This document shows, in pieces, positions 51,460 to 64,000 of a stretch of DNA of 64,000 bases. Origin of the DNA: Octopus sinensis. Taxonomy: Eukaryota. The DNA is taken from contig NC_043005.1 of assembly GCF_006345805.1 (NCBI RefSeq), forward strand, positions 100,874,001-100,938,000, in the 5' to 3' direction. The translations under genes were made by a program, and so were the position numbers. The notes beneath the pieces are model-generated. The model had not been told where the DNA came from and did no database searches. It saw only the letters and a program-made list of their open reading frames with translations. Every line of letters starts with the position of its first letter. Position 1 is the first letter of the stretch.

Positions 51460-52966
51460 AAGAAAATGATAAAATAATCTTTTTCTTTCTATTGAAAAAA
51501 TATCTTAATTTATTTGTGTGTGTACAAATTTCCAAAGTAAGAAAATCAGTAGAGACAGACATAGAGAAGGTTGGGGTATGTAAGGGGTTAAAAAAAAACA
51601 GCTCAGTCAATAGATGACAACACTGTTTACAAAGTTATATTCAGGTTTTTGTAAAGTCAATAAACTTTTATAGAAATTACAAATTCATTTCTCCATGCTA
51701 CACTTAACATATTTTAATGGCAGCTAACTCACATTGGGAATTGGAAATTTACTTAAAACATTTTTTTCTCCTAAATTTTTCATAAAGAATATTAAGCAAA
51801 CCCTACCCATCTCCACAGAAAAGCAGCAACATCAATAGTAACAACAGCAACAACAATGTTCAATATAAGAATTTACTTTCACTTTCATTCTAAAATATTT
51901 TATCAACTTCTTAACAAACTAAGATGCGAAACTTAATATTTTTCATTTTTTTTCAATCTTCAATATTTTCTTCTGATTAATGTGCAAATTCTAATTCATT
52001 GATATTTCACAGTATTTGATAACAACCCTTAACATTCTGAGTTCAAATTGCACTATAGGCACAATAATTTTCTGGCCTGACACCAATTTAAGAAAAGAGC
52101 ATTATTAATTTTGGCTTTACTCTTTTACTTGTTTCAGTCATTTGACTGCGGCCATGCTAGAGCACTGCCTTTAGTCGAGCAAATCAACCCCAGGACTTAT
52201 TCTTTGTAAGCCTGGTACTTATTCTATTGGTCTCTTTTACCGAACCGCTAAATTACGGGGACATAAACACACCAGCATCAGTTGTCAAGCGATGTTGGGG
52301 GGACAAACACAGACACACAAACACACACATATATATACACATACATATATACGACAGGCTTCTTTCAGTTTCTGTCTAACAAATCCACTCACAAGGCTTT
52401 GGTTGGCCCGAGGCTATAGTTGAAGACACTTGCCTAAGGTGCCATGCAGTGGGACTGAACCTGGAACCATGTGGTTTGTAAGCAAGCTACTTACCACACA
52501 GCCACTCCTGCTATTAATAATTTATATTGTTTATCATTCTGCTATGTTGCGGAAAGATTTTGCTTTTGTTGATTATTTAGTTTACTTGCTGATGTTTCAA
52601 TTTGTTTTGTTTTTGCTGTGGTAAAGGCAATTCTTGGTGGGTGGACTTTTTGAGTGTTGCAGTTGTCAGTGCTTTGTTAAAATTTCCAGCATTCATTATT
52701 GTACAACTGTCACTGGTCTTCTTCATGTTCTTTGCTCCCCACGTGATTTTTGCCACAAGCGTATCATATTCTCATTGTTTAAGAAAAGAAGCCAGAAGCG
52801 AAAGGCAGTGCCATATCTGTGCAATCATTAATAAAGTAGGCCAAAAAAGATTCTTCCAAAAGACTCTGGAGTAATGGTACTTGATAGGGTACAATCTAGT
52901 AATTTGATTCTAGCAGGATTTGAACTCAGAATATTTGCAAAGCATTTTTGTTTTTTAATGTTCTAA

Positions 52967-53930
52967 TCATCATCATCATCATCTTCATCCACCTCATCGT
53001 CATCATCATTATCATCATCAAACATCTGTTATCCATGCTGGCAAGGGTTGAACGGTTTGACCAGAGCTGGAAAGCTGAGGGGCTGCATCAGACACCAGTC
53101 TGCTTTGGCAGGGTTTCTATGACTGGATGCCCTTCCTAATGCCAACCACTCCAAGAGTGTAATGAGAGCTCTTACATGCCACTGGCATGGGTTCCAGTCA
53201 TGTGACACCAGCATTTGCCATGATTACGATTTCACTTGGCTTGACAGGGCTTCTCGAACACGGCATATTGCCAAAGGTCAGGATCACTAGTCATTGCCTC
53301 TGTGAGGCCCAACATTTGAAGATCATGTTTCACCACCTCATCTCATGTCTTCCTGGATTTACCTCTTCCACAGGTTCCCTCCATAGCACTTCTTTACACA
53401 GCTGTCCTCATCCATATGCATCGCATGACCATACCAGAGCAGTCGTCTCCCTTGCACACCACATCTGAGGCTTCTTATGCCTATGTTTTTTCCTTCTCGA
53501 GCCACACTTGGCTCATAAGGGCCAGTTTCCCGGTTTCCTTGGCGTATAGGTTCCCCACCTGGACAGGAAGCCGTTCCATCACAGGTGAGCTGCAAGATGC
53601 AGGAGGAAAGAATGAGAGAAAGTTGTGGCGAAAGAGTCAGCAGAAGTTAGCCATTACCTTCTGCCGGAGCCACGTGGGGCTTAGGTGTTTCGCTCATAAA
53701 CACACACGTTGCCCGGTCTGAGATTCAAACCCATGATCCCTCAACTGCAAGTCTGCTGCTCTAACCACTAGGCCATGTGCCTCCATTCTTATGCCTATCT
53801 TTTCTTTCAAGATGCTTACACTCTGTCATACATGCATGCTGACATTGCACATCCAGTGAAGCTTCATTTCTTTCAAGCCCAAGCATGTCCTTGGCAGTCA
53901 CAGCTCATGTTTCACTGCCTAATGGTTCCA
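52967..53930 (-). mobile_element. 5'-truncated RTE LINE (C-terminal coding relic plus 3'UTR) with SINE D nested at 53485-53785
   Basis: LLWYGHAMHMDEDSCVKKC joins the (GAT)n-tailed 3' end. The SINE D TSD ttcttatgcctat is at 53472-84 and 53786-98. Confidence 0.85.
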
Positions 53931-55838
53931 TCAATCCAATAATTGGAATAACAATTCCACATTTTTGAAGATGGTCAGCAATTTTGAGGAGTGAGGAAAA
54001 TCAGTTACATCAACGCTTCTAATTCACTGGTACTTTATGTTATTGACCCTGAATGAACGAAAGGCAAAATTGACCTCAGCAGGATTTGAACTTCATAAAT
54101 AAAGAGCTAGAACAAACACCACAAAGCATGTTTTGCAATGCTCTACTGAGTCTGCCACCTTACCACTTTAATAGTAGCAACAACAACAACTATAGAAATA
54201 ATAATCATAATGCAGTGTTAGGATGGAAAAGAATAATAATTCCAGCAATGATATTTGGTAAGAGATTCTCTGTACAGATATAAATGTTTAGTAAACTCTA
54301 TGTTGTTGACCAACAGTTTGACTTTTATGTTAAACATACAGACACAAACATAGAAATGAGTGGGTAAATCATTATTATCTGTGTCACCTCTATTTATGCG
54401 CTTGGTTTTATGGTGCAGGATAGAGTCAGAATGAGTTTTATTAGAATGTTCTTACAAATTATTTGCCAGATAATTTAATATTATCAATATTATTGAATGG
54501 AACCAGTTTTGCATTGTAAATATATCTGTTTCTGGCTGCAGCATTATAACTTATGAGATATCAATTATGTTTATAGTATAAATACATACAGATACAGCAG
54601 TTTCTATATTTGTAGGTAGGGCAACTCAAAGATATTGTGGTCAAATCCCCATGGCTGTTTCCTACAATAACATAGTTATTTGTGACTATCATTTAAAATT
54701 GATTTGCTTCAACAACATATGTAGGTCAATAGTCCTACAAAATTGTGAAGAAACAAACAGATGTGACTAAATTATAGGAACAGGAGTCATCAATGAGCAG
54801 TATTTGTTAATTACTTGCATAGTATTATGCCCATAATTTTGCAGACAATTTGGGTAATAAACTGAGGAATGCCATTATTGTCTTTTATGCCTGGAAGACT
54901 ACATAGTGTTATAGTTAATATGATAAATAGAAAGAAACGGTGTGGTGCTAAATCACAATGCTTCCTCCTTATCATTCTGTGTTCTTAGTTCCACTCCTGC
55001 TTCAGGTGACTTTGTCTTCCATCATCGAACACTCCATAAAATAAATAAAACACTGAACACTGGATTTTATTCAATCTACACACCTTCTCTTAGGAAAACT
55101 GGCTTAGTCACAAGAAATTATTATTATCTCTCCATTAAAATACTTTATAGCACTTCACATTTGAACTTTGAGGTATTAGAATTATTTGTTGCTTAAAGAT
55201 AAAGAGATTTGTCTTAGCTGTGAGACGAGGAAGCTGATGTAAAATAGTTACAAGAAAAGAAAATGAACATTTGCTTTAGTTATGAGGAAAGAATGTCAGA
55301 ATATATCTTTACAATGACAAGCGGAAGCTTAACAGGTATATTTTAGCTATGAGCAGAAAAAGTTACGATATGTCTTAAATTTGTCTTGAGGAATCTAATG
55401 TTATCATAAAAGAAAAAATACTTCTCAAATGAGACCATAAAGTCAAATAGTGAAAGTTATTTCATAAAAATATTTTTAATGAATCTGATAGAGAGAAATT
55501 AGATCTGATGATCAATTTATTAATTAGATAATAGACAGATGAAATCTAGATACCTTCACATAAAAAGTAATCCAGTTTTCATACCAATTATAATTTTTTT
55601 TTTTTTGTGATAATGAATTACTAGAATATTTTTAGCTTTGCTATTTATATTGTAATTTATGAGAGCAAACAGCAATTATATAAGCTTACAGGCCTAAACT
55701 GAGATTTTAAACATATAACCCCATTCTATAAATGCATTATCCAACTCCTTCATTAATGATGATAATAATAAAAGGAGTTGATAAAGTACGACAATAGGAA
55801 AGGATGAGAAAACATAAAGTTAGGTAAGTGACATTTAC

Positions 55839-55968
55839 CTTGACAAACAAATGATGATGGTGTTTCTCCTGGATGGACACGAGCGGTAATAAATACCATC
55901 CTTTGTTTCTGAGGTTTCTTTAAATTAGTTGGATGTGTGATGGTTACAAGATCCAGACGTCTTTCTTG
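55839..55968 (-). CDS. AGBL4: Internal coding exon of cytosolic carboxypeptidase 6 (M14 tubulin deglutamylase, CCP6/AGBL4-like)
   Basis: Translation QERRLDLVTITHPTNLKKPQKQRMVFITARVHPGETPSSFVCQ(G) contains the CCP-family RVHPGE zinc-ligand motif. The RRLDL..IT and ETPSSFVCQG context fits CCP6 better than CCP1/4 or CCP5. Acceptor ttttattccacag|CAA and donor CAAG|gtaaat; 130 bp, phase 0 to phase 1. Confidence 0.9.
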
Positions 55969-57039
55969 CTGTGGAATAAAATAGGTAAAGAAAACTGTAG
56001 GACTGAAAAAAACGTAAACTGAAGGTAAAACTGAGACAATAAACATTGAGTTGCCTACAGAGGGGCTCAGGCAGGTGCAAATCGATTTGGCATCTAAGAT
56101 CTTTTATCTTTCACTTGTTTTGGTCATTAGACTGTGGCTATGCTGGGGCACTGCCTTGAAGAGTTTTTAGTTAAATGAATTGACCCCAGCACTGTTTTTA
56201 AGCCTGGTACTTATTCTATCAATTTTTTTTGTTGAACCACTAAGTTACAAGGACATAGACAAAGCAACACTAGATTTCAAGTTGTGTAGTGGGACACACA
56301 CACACACACACATGATGAGCTTCTTTGAGTTTCCATCTACCAAGTCCACTCATGTGGAAGTACGTGGCTTAGTAGTTAGGGTGCTGAACTCGTGATCACA
56401 AAATTGAGGTTTTGATTCCTGGACTGGGGTGACGTATTGTGTTCTTCAGCCAAACACCTCTCCAGTCCACTCAGCTGGCACAAATAAGTAATCCTGTAAC
56501 AGACTGGTGGGAAATTATATGCCATGAAAACCAGGAAACCAGCACTTGTGAGTCACCATGACTCAAGAAGGTAACTTTGCTTTTTAAATCCACTCATAAT
56601 GTTTTGGTTGGCCTGAGGCTATAGTAGGAGAGATTTGCCCAAGGTGCCATGCAGCGAGTGGGAATCTTGAACCATGTAGTTGGGAAGCAAACAAGGACGG
56701 ACAAAGGGATTAAGTCGATTACATCGACTCCAGTGCATAACTGGTACTTAATTTATCAACCCTGAAAGGATGAAAGGCAAAGTCGACCTTGGCGGAATTT
56801 GAACACAGAACGTAACAGCAGACAAAATACTGTTAAGCATTTCGCCTGGTGCATTAACATTTTTGCCAGCTCGCCGCCTTACCAAACTTCTTACCACACA
56901 GCGATGCCTGCATCATGTTTAATATCTTTATCAACAAAATACTGTAACTATAAAAATAAAACTAAAACAAAGCAAGGGAAGAGCCATACATTGTAACTCA
57001 GTTCAATTCACAATGAACTAAAGTAGTTTATTTAGTTTG

Positions 57040-57490
57040 TGGTTAAGGGCCATGCTATCCCCTCAGTTCTGGAGCTGGCAGGATTATTCAGAAATGATAA
57101 GAAGAGACCAGATGGTTTTAACCTTGTCCCAGGTTAAGAAGTAGGTACCTCACCTGGGGCACTACAGTCTGTGACTCCTTTGCTCGCTCCCACTTTCTGG
57201 ATGCAGCGGTAAATGGGAGGGTCACTGCTTCCATAGCCAAATGGAACAAACTCTTTAAGTATCGGGACCTCTCAGTAAACACTTTCTTCCAGTCTGGAAC
57301 ATTTGATTCATTTGGAGGGGTTTGTCATCATTGGAGGCTCATCTTAATGAGGTGTCAGGGGATGCCTGTGAGAGTGTTTCACTGTTCCAAGGCCTTAGTA
57401 TCACTGTTGCCCATGGTAATGCCACAAGCATGTTGGCTTGCTTCAGTAGGTTCCCATTGAACCTTGTAGTATGTGACAAATTGAGGCACT
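57040..57490 (+). mobile_element. CRE-clade LINE 3' fragment (RLE domain)
   Basis: IPSVLELAGLFRNDKKRPDG..TWGTTVCDSFARSH..KYRDL..SLFQGLSITVAHGNATSML parallels the CRE motifs RPDG / WD.T / K..KY / QR.S..QRGNA. Confidence 0.75.
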
Positions 57491-57854
57491 TGGTGCTCCA
57501 TTGATGCTTCTTTCTTTCTTTTTCTTTCTTTCTTTCTTTTTCTTTCTTTCTCTTTTTTCTTTGTTTTCTCTTTCTTTGCTCATGCTTGTATTTTCTTCGG
57601 TTTTGGATTTGTATTTTAATGTGGTTTTGTATTATATATGTATCATATACATACGTGTTATATATGTAATAAATAAAATTATTATCTCAAAGAAAGAAAA
57701 AATGTCTTTTATATTACAGTTTACAAATATCTAACCCATGCTAGCATGGAAAATGGACGTTAAATGATGATGATGATGATTTTCTGGCATATGAATTAAA
57801 TTTTTCAGACCAAAATTTACAGCCAAAAATGGTAGGTTGTCTTATACACCAAGA

Positions 57855-58138
57855 TTGTTCCTTCTCGAGCAATGCCTGGCTCATAAGGGCCAGTTTCCTG
57901 ATTTCCTTGGTGTATAGGTTCCCCACCTGGATGCCGGTTTGTCACAGGTGAGCTGCAAGATGCAGGAGGAAAACGTGAGAGAAAGTTGTGGTGAAAGAGT
58001 TAGCAGAAGTTTGCTATTACCTTCAGCCGGAGCTTAGGTGTTTCGCTCATAAACACACACATCGCCCTGTCTGAGATTTGAACCCACGATCCCTCGACCG
58101 CAAATCCACTGCTCTAACCACTAGGCCATGTGCCTCCA
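57855..58138 (-). mobile_element. SINE D with 14-bp TSD
   Basis: TSD cttatacaccaaga at 57841-54 and 58139-52. Confidence 0.9.
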
Positions 58139-58400
58139 CTTATACACCAAGACTAAAAATTCCATGTGAAATGCAGCAAAATTTGGAAAGATAGTGACAA
58201 TGTTTGAAAGTTCACTCTGCATGTTTAACTATGTACTATGTGACTCATACACTGGAAAATACAAGGAATATTTCATATTTTCATTGTTAATACCATACCA
58301 GCAATTTGTAGTTACAATCGTTATTTGAAGCATATTTTAGTAGTTAAAATTTTGTAAACATATATATATGAGTGCGTGTGTGTGTGTGTGTGTGTGTATA

Positions 58401-59646
58401 CAGGGTGCGTAAGGTATTTGAGGACATAACTTTTTTGTGTCATCGTTGCATTTTTTGCTAACTCTGTATAATCTTTGTTTCAGAAAATAATGATGGCAGA
58501 CCCTCAGCTTACTCAAGAAATGAAGAGGCATGCGGTTATTGTGGTTATAAAGGCTGAGCATAGCGATTTAGAAATATTTCGATTTTTAAAAAAGGCCAGA
58601 TCTTTCATCTATAAAGTTTGTAAGGAGTTAGAGACTGAAGATGGAAATGTATCACTAGTATCAAAGCATAAAAAGCAGTCTGAATGCTCTGATATCATCA
58701 GAACACCTGAATTTATCCAGAAAGTTTAACAGACCATTCATTACAATCCCAGAAAGTCTATGAGGTCAATTGCAAAAGATCTCCATGTGTCAGAAGGAAC
58801 AGTCAGAAGTGTTGTCCACGAAGTCATCAGAAATGTCTTATGTGATGAGGAAAAGTCAATTTGTCTGAAAAAGCAAAAGAAAATCACTACATCAGATCTA
58901 AAAGGTTCTTAAACAAACTGAAAAATCCAGCAGAAGATTTGATTTGGTTATTCTCAAACAAGAAAAACTTCAATCAAGATCAAAAAGTTAACAGAAGAAA
59001 TAGCAAATGGTTTTGTGCAGACCCTTCTGAAATTCCAAGTGTTATGCATACAAAATTTCCTGCAACTGTCATGGTTTTAGGGATTGTCAGCAATGAAGGA
59101 CATCTGATGCTGCCTTACTTCTTTCCACAAGACCTTAGAGTTAACTTTGTTACCTACACTGAGGTCCTGGAAACAATCGGTATGCCCTGGATAGACAGTG
59201 TATACAATGGAATACCATATGTGTTTCAGTAAGAACTATCACACATGGCTCTAGTAATACAGGAATAGATAGCTGAAGATTTTCACAGTCACATAACCCT
59301 GAACATTTGGCTTCCTAATTCCCCAGATCTCAATCCATTGGACTATCATATGTGGAGTGTTGTTGAGAGAGAAATCAATGAACATGCCCATAACACCAAA
59401 GATTCTTTGAAAGCTGCCATAGTCTGAGTAATGTCGAAAATGAATCAGGACCTCTTGATTCGAGCATATAGACGATTTAGATCTCATGTAGAAGCAATCG
59501 TTGAAGCTGAAGGTTATTTATTGAATAATATTATAGAAAAGAAGGCTTATTTTTATCCTCATAGCATTTTTTGATAAATATAGTTATCTGTTATTATATA
59601 TGTTTTTTTACAAACATAAATCTGTCCTCAAATATCTTACACATCC

Positions 59647-59648
<2 letters not shown>
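58401..59648 (+). mobile_element. DD37D (maT/rosa-like) Tc1/mariner transposon, defective
   Basis: TIRs cagggtgcgtaaggtatttgaggaca / tgtcctcaaatatcttacacatcctg (23/26). Transposase pieces LFSNKKNFNQDQKVNRRN, TKFPATVMVLG, WLPNSPDLNPLDY; multiple stops. Confidence 0.9.
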
Positions 59649-59649
<1 letters not shown>

Positions 59650-59745
<96 letters not shown>

Positions 59746-59760
59746 GTAGATAGATAGATA
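59650..59760. repeat. Compound (TG)(TA)(GA)(GATA)n microsatellite
   Basis: Directly visible; a similar (GATA)n is at 19440-19475. Confidence 0.95.
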
Positions 59761-61067
59761 TTATATATACCACCTGTGTGTTATAGTTTACTTCCAACTA
59801 ATAATGATATAGTTGGTGTGAAATATACTGATTATTACTAGAGCCTATGTAACAATATTCTTTTCTATTCTAGGCACAAGGCCTGAAATTTTGGTGAAGG
59901 GGTCCAGTTAATTTGATCAACCTCAGTATGCAACTGATACTTAATTTATCGACCCTGAAAGGATGAAAGGCACAGCCAACCTTGGCGGAATTAGAACTCA
60001 GAACATAAGACAGATGAAATACCGCTAAGCATTTCGCCCGGTGTGCTATTGTTTCCGCCAGCTTGCCACCTTACTCTGTAACAATATTAATTACTATAGA
60101 GAGCAAATAGCAATCCAGAGTTATTACTGGCAGAGGTTACAGGATAACTAGTACTAGGTATCATGTGATCATGATAGCTAGTTGACGCAGCCTATGACAA
60201 TACTAACTAGCGTAGACCAGGGCTCTATGACAATACTAAACTATTACTGAAAGGGGAAACTGCATAATAGTACTAATTAGTATTGATACAAACTATATGA
60301 TAATACTGATAGCAACAGAGACCCTCAAAGCATCCAGTGAGAGAGCAATATTTATACGATTATAATATTTTCACAGAATGAAGAAATCTTGGTGATTGAA
60401 CTATTTCTTAATGAGAATTCATTAAATGGTATTTTAATGACTTCACCTGGTGTTTATAGGTTGAGTAATTACAGTCAATCTAATTGAAGATAATCTATTT
60501 AAATAGTTGATTCTAGGTTTCCTTGTGACTTCACTCAACTAAGGCTATAATTTACCAAAAGTTTATTAATATTTAAGGATTTTGGTTCCTTACCTTGTAT
60601 TACCTGTATCATATATTGCTACTTCTCATGTGTTTGCTCTTCTTCAAATTATTATCTATTATCACATTTTAATATATTACCTAGTTTATATTATATTTAT
60701 ATAATTCAGCATCATCATTATCCTTTTAAAGTTCCCTTTTTTATCCATGCTTCCATAGATCAAACTGAATTTGTTGAAGCAAATTTCCTATGGCTGGATG
60801 CCTTTCCTGTTGCCAACTTTCACCTGTTCCTAAGCTAGGTAATATTTCCCCATAGCCAGACATGTTTTCATGGAAGATTGGAAACAAACGACACCACTTG
60901 TATTATGGTGAGTCTCATTTACAACTATCACATAATATCGAGAAATGGAGAGACACAGAAACACACACACACACACACACACAGAAAAACACTCACACTC
61001 ACACACACACAAATCTGTTGATATCCTTGAGAAGCTCATTTACGAAGTCTATTTAGAGATTGCTTAA

Positions 61068-61286
61068 CACTTTTGATACCAACCTGGCTGAAACCCCCTC
61101 TAGCTTTGTAGTACAAATGTCTTGTTTTCATAAGTTTTGAATTAAAATCTTCCACCAAACCTTAGTCCCAATTGTTCTTAACACCAGCTGAATGGTAACT
61201 AAGTTCTTTTACTAAATTCTTTGTTATATTTAAAATTAATTGAAAGAAACACAGAACATCTCATAATAAATACAGTAAGGAAAGGG
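61068..61286. mobile_element. piggyBac-type MITE
   Basis: TTAA on both flanks (61064-67 and 61287-90) with decayed TIRs cacttttgatac / gtaaggaaaggg. Confidence 0.6.
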
Positions 61287-61884
61287 TTAAGTGATTTTCC
61301 AGACTGTTTACTGTCACTATCTGCAGCATCAGTCACCTTCTCCCTCTACGTTTGCCTTTACTATTTTATTGGAAGTCTTTCGGTTTATACCCTTCAATTG
61401 TTATTCTTATTATTATTGTGGTTATTGTTGCCAGTACATTAAGTAATCAGAATAAGGAAAAAAATCCCAAATCACCAGTGTTGCCTGAATCATTATTATT
61501 TTATTTCTGTTTTCTATGCTTGCATGGGTTTGGATGGGCCATTGTAGTCCAAGTCAGTTCATATTTGGAGTTATCTGTTTTACTAGCTACCTTAGAGGAC
61601 CATGTACATATAGATTTCAATTCTACTTGGTTTTTATGGTTGAGTGCCCTTCGAAGTATTAAACACTTTACGAGTGCACTGATAATATTGATGTTTTTCT
61701 ATCAAGAAGGTTTGTGATTATAAGATTGCGTGTATGTATGTGTGTATGAACAAGGTGCTTCAGCTAAATTTGACTTTGTATAAAATAAAAAGAAAACACA
61801 ATATTCTATCCAAAAATAAAAGTATTTTTTTTATAAATCAAAAAAAAAAAAATCAAAAAATATCAACTAGATTATGGCTGAGAG

Positions 61885-62600
61885 ATTATAGTTTACTCAA
61901 AATGGCTGCCTTAGCTTCCACCACAGCCTTCAGAGAGCTCCAGAATCTGGTACATGCATTCTTCACTGTATCCCTGGGAAGAACTTCGAGCACCGCCTTG
62001 ATCTAGAGTAGCTGGTGCCTTTCTCAATTGCAAATCATGCATAGTAATCCATGGAGGAATTTCAACCGTGTTTCATGGTCTGCTACCACAACAGCTCCTT
62101 TATAGAATCCACTTAGCTCAAGACATCATCAGGAGGAACCACGTCCGGTTTTGGCCCCAACTTCTTCACCGTTTTGATGTGGCGGCTCCCCGCCCCTTTC
62201 GGAGGTGTCTTCAGCTCTGGTGTTGGGTGCATGTCTTCTTTCTTCTGTTCCCTGGCCTCTTTGATGCAGTGTCAACGAGTGTCAGCAGGCGACTGACTGT
62301 CTTGTCAAATTTCCCTTTAAATACCTGCCGCTAGGCTCCAGCAGGCAGCCCCAGTAAGTTGTCATGTGACACTGTCTCAACTTTAACTGACCAATCAGGA
62401 GAATTAGGAGGCCAGAAATTGGGGTTGGTGAAATCATGGATTCTCCAACAATCACTTCTGACTCTTTCTGCAGGTATGGCAAGGAACTAAATCCTGCTGC
62501 CACACACGTGGCCTACCAGCAGCAATCCTCTCCAGTCAGTGTTTGACCACGATTCTCCAGCAGCTTCACATAACAGTCTGAATTGAGCCTAAGGTCCTGT
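61885..62600 (-). mobile_element. Second DD37D-like transposase relic interrupted by a ~320-bp insert
   Basis: LRLNSDCYVKLLE..WQQD..DFTNPNFWPPNSPD, then the insert (about 62055-62375), then MDYY..LPRDTVKNACTRF..VEAK. Confidence 0.7.
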
Positions 62601-62689
62601 CCATCAGTTGATGGATGAATTCTGGTGTGTTGATTCAGTTAGAACAGCTCAGGTGTTCTAACTCTAATTATTCTGTAATTAGTAGGGAA

Positions 62690-63860
62690 AGCCTCCATTT
62701 TGCTGCTCACTTTGATTAAATCTCCTCCAAAACCATTTACCCAAGACACACATTTTTTAATGCTTCAAAACAACAATGCCATTGGTCTTGAAAATATATC
62801 TTCCATTACCTTTAAGCAATGTACTTCTGATCTTAGCCTTTATTGCTATTCTCCTCCCTCTATAGGTGTATATCCCAGCTTTTGAAATTTATTGTTACAG
62901 TGACTTATACCCACGGAAAAGAAACTCCTGATCTTTACATCTATAATCTTATCACACTCACTCTTAACATACATCTGAAAGGTTACGGATATCATTATTA
63001 GCAACTTATCAATTGCTCATCTAAAATACCCTGAGTGTGCTGTTTATAAAGCCAGATCTATTGGAAATCTGCTCTCATCCTTCAAAATAGCTCTCATCCT
63101 TCAAAAATGTGTTGAAAACACTCTTGTTGCATCCAATACAACCAAACCTTTTTAACTATATCTGGTACATAAATCTCCTGTCAAAACTTCCCACCTATCG
63201 CCTCCTTCCATATATTGTCTCTCAGATAAAAAAAACTTCCTATTAGCTCACCTTCGTAGCATGTGTTGATGGAGCTCTGCTGACTCACATTTTATCAACT
63301 TCTATATGCTCCAGGTTTCAGTTTTATCTTCTATTTTTCCCTACTATGCATCAATGACATGCCTGCCATCATCTCTAACAATGATTGCTCCATTACAAAT
63401 GATACTACCCTTCATTCCTGTCTAATTTTCCACATACTAGTTTCATTCACATGCAATTTAAACATCTGTTGCCAAATCTACATTTAGTCTGCAAATAGAA
63501 ACTTCAAAATCATTTTCCAACGGGGTCACTCAAATCTTGTTTCCTTTAACAGCAAAAAGACCCAGTCACTAATATTATCAAGAAAACATTATCACATCTC
63601 TCCCTCCTTAAACACGAACAACATGCAACTAAAACCCACACGATCACTTGAAATAGGCCTTATTATAACTGAGGATCTTTCCTGATAAACACACACCTTC
63701 AACATTTCAAGGATGGCATCTCAAAGACTGAACTTATTCAAAGCCAGAAAATACTTCTATCCATCAATAACTGCTGACCCTTTCTAAGGATCATTTGAGA
63801 CCCACAATGGAATACTCATCCTATATCATGTATGGTACTGCTCAATGCAAAGAATGGTTA
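62690..63860 (+). mobile_element. Heavily decayed CR1/L2/Jockey-like LINE RT relic
   Basis: Remnants resembling PQGSVLSP.LF..CINDMP, DTTL (YADD decayed), FNSKKTQ, GLIITEDLS and RPTMEYSS; many frameshifts. Confidence 0.6.
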
Positions 63861-64000
63861 ATCAAATGATTGTGAAGTTGAACACCATCTTTCACACATA
63901 CACACATGTGTGCATGCACAAACACACACACAGAATATGTGTGTATGTCTGTATGTATGTATGTGTGCATGCATACATACACATACATTTCCACATTCCT

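Noticed and set aside
60100-60330. Repeated ctatgacaatacta motifs as a structured array
   Set aside because: Only 3-4 degenerate, irregularly spaced copies; most likely a decayed minisatellite.

Overview
Eukaryotic, AT-rich, microsatellite- and retroelement-dense DNA. The SINE and microsatellite landscape is typical of an octopus (coleoid cephalopod) genome; this is an inference, no search was run. I can support only one host exon: a 130-bp minus-strand exon of cytosolic carboxypeptidase 6 (AGBL4/CCP6-like) at 55839-55968, so most of the window is probably one very large intron. It holds an RTE LINE (frameshifted APE-RT ORF, A/B-alternating ~60-bp VNTR in the 3'UTR), fragments of R4/Dong-like, CRE-like, I/Ingi-like and CR1-like LINEs, a mariner, two DD37D/maT-like transposons, MITEs, a non-autonomous Helitron and dozens of tRNA-derived SINEs. 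The main unannotated signal is a set of type I hammerhead ribozyme (HHR) motifs from several unrelated Penelope-like (PLE) families, mostly sitting in (TA)n tracts. Three have complete cores and foldable stems on the minus strand (9178-9267, 34643-34745, 42305-42390), which is the host pre-mRNA sense, and about ten more are partly decayed. Several lie in fold-back structures, the largest a 3.5-kb GIY-YIG PLE with ~850-bp inverted arms. Repeat boundaries are read by eye and approximate unless a TSD or TIR is quoted.
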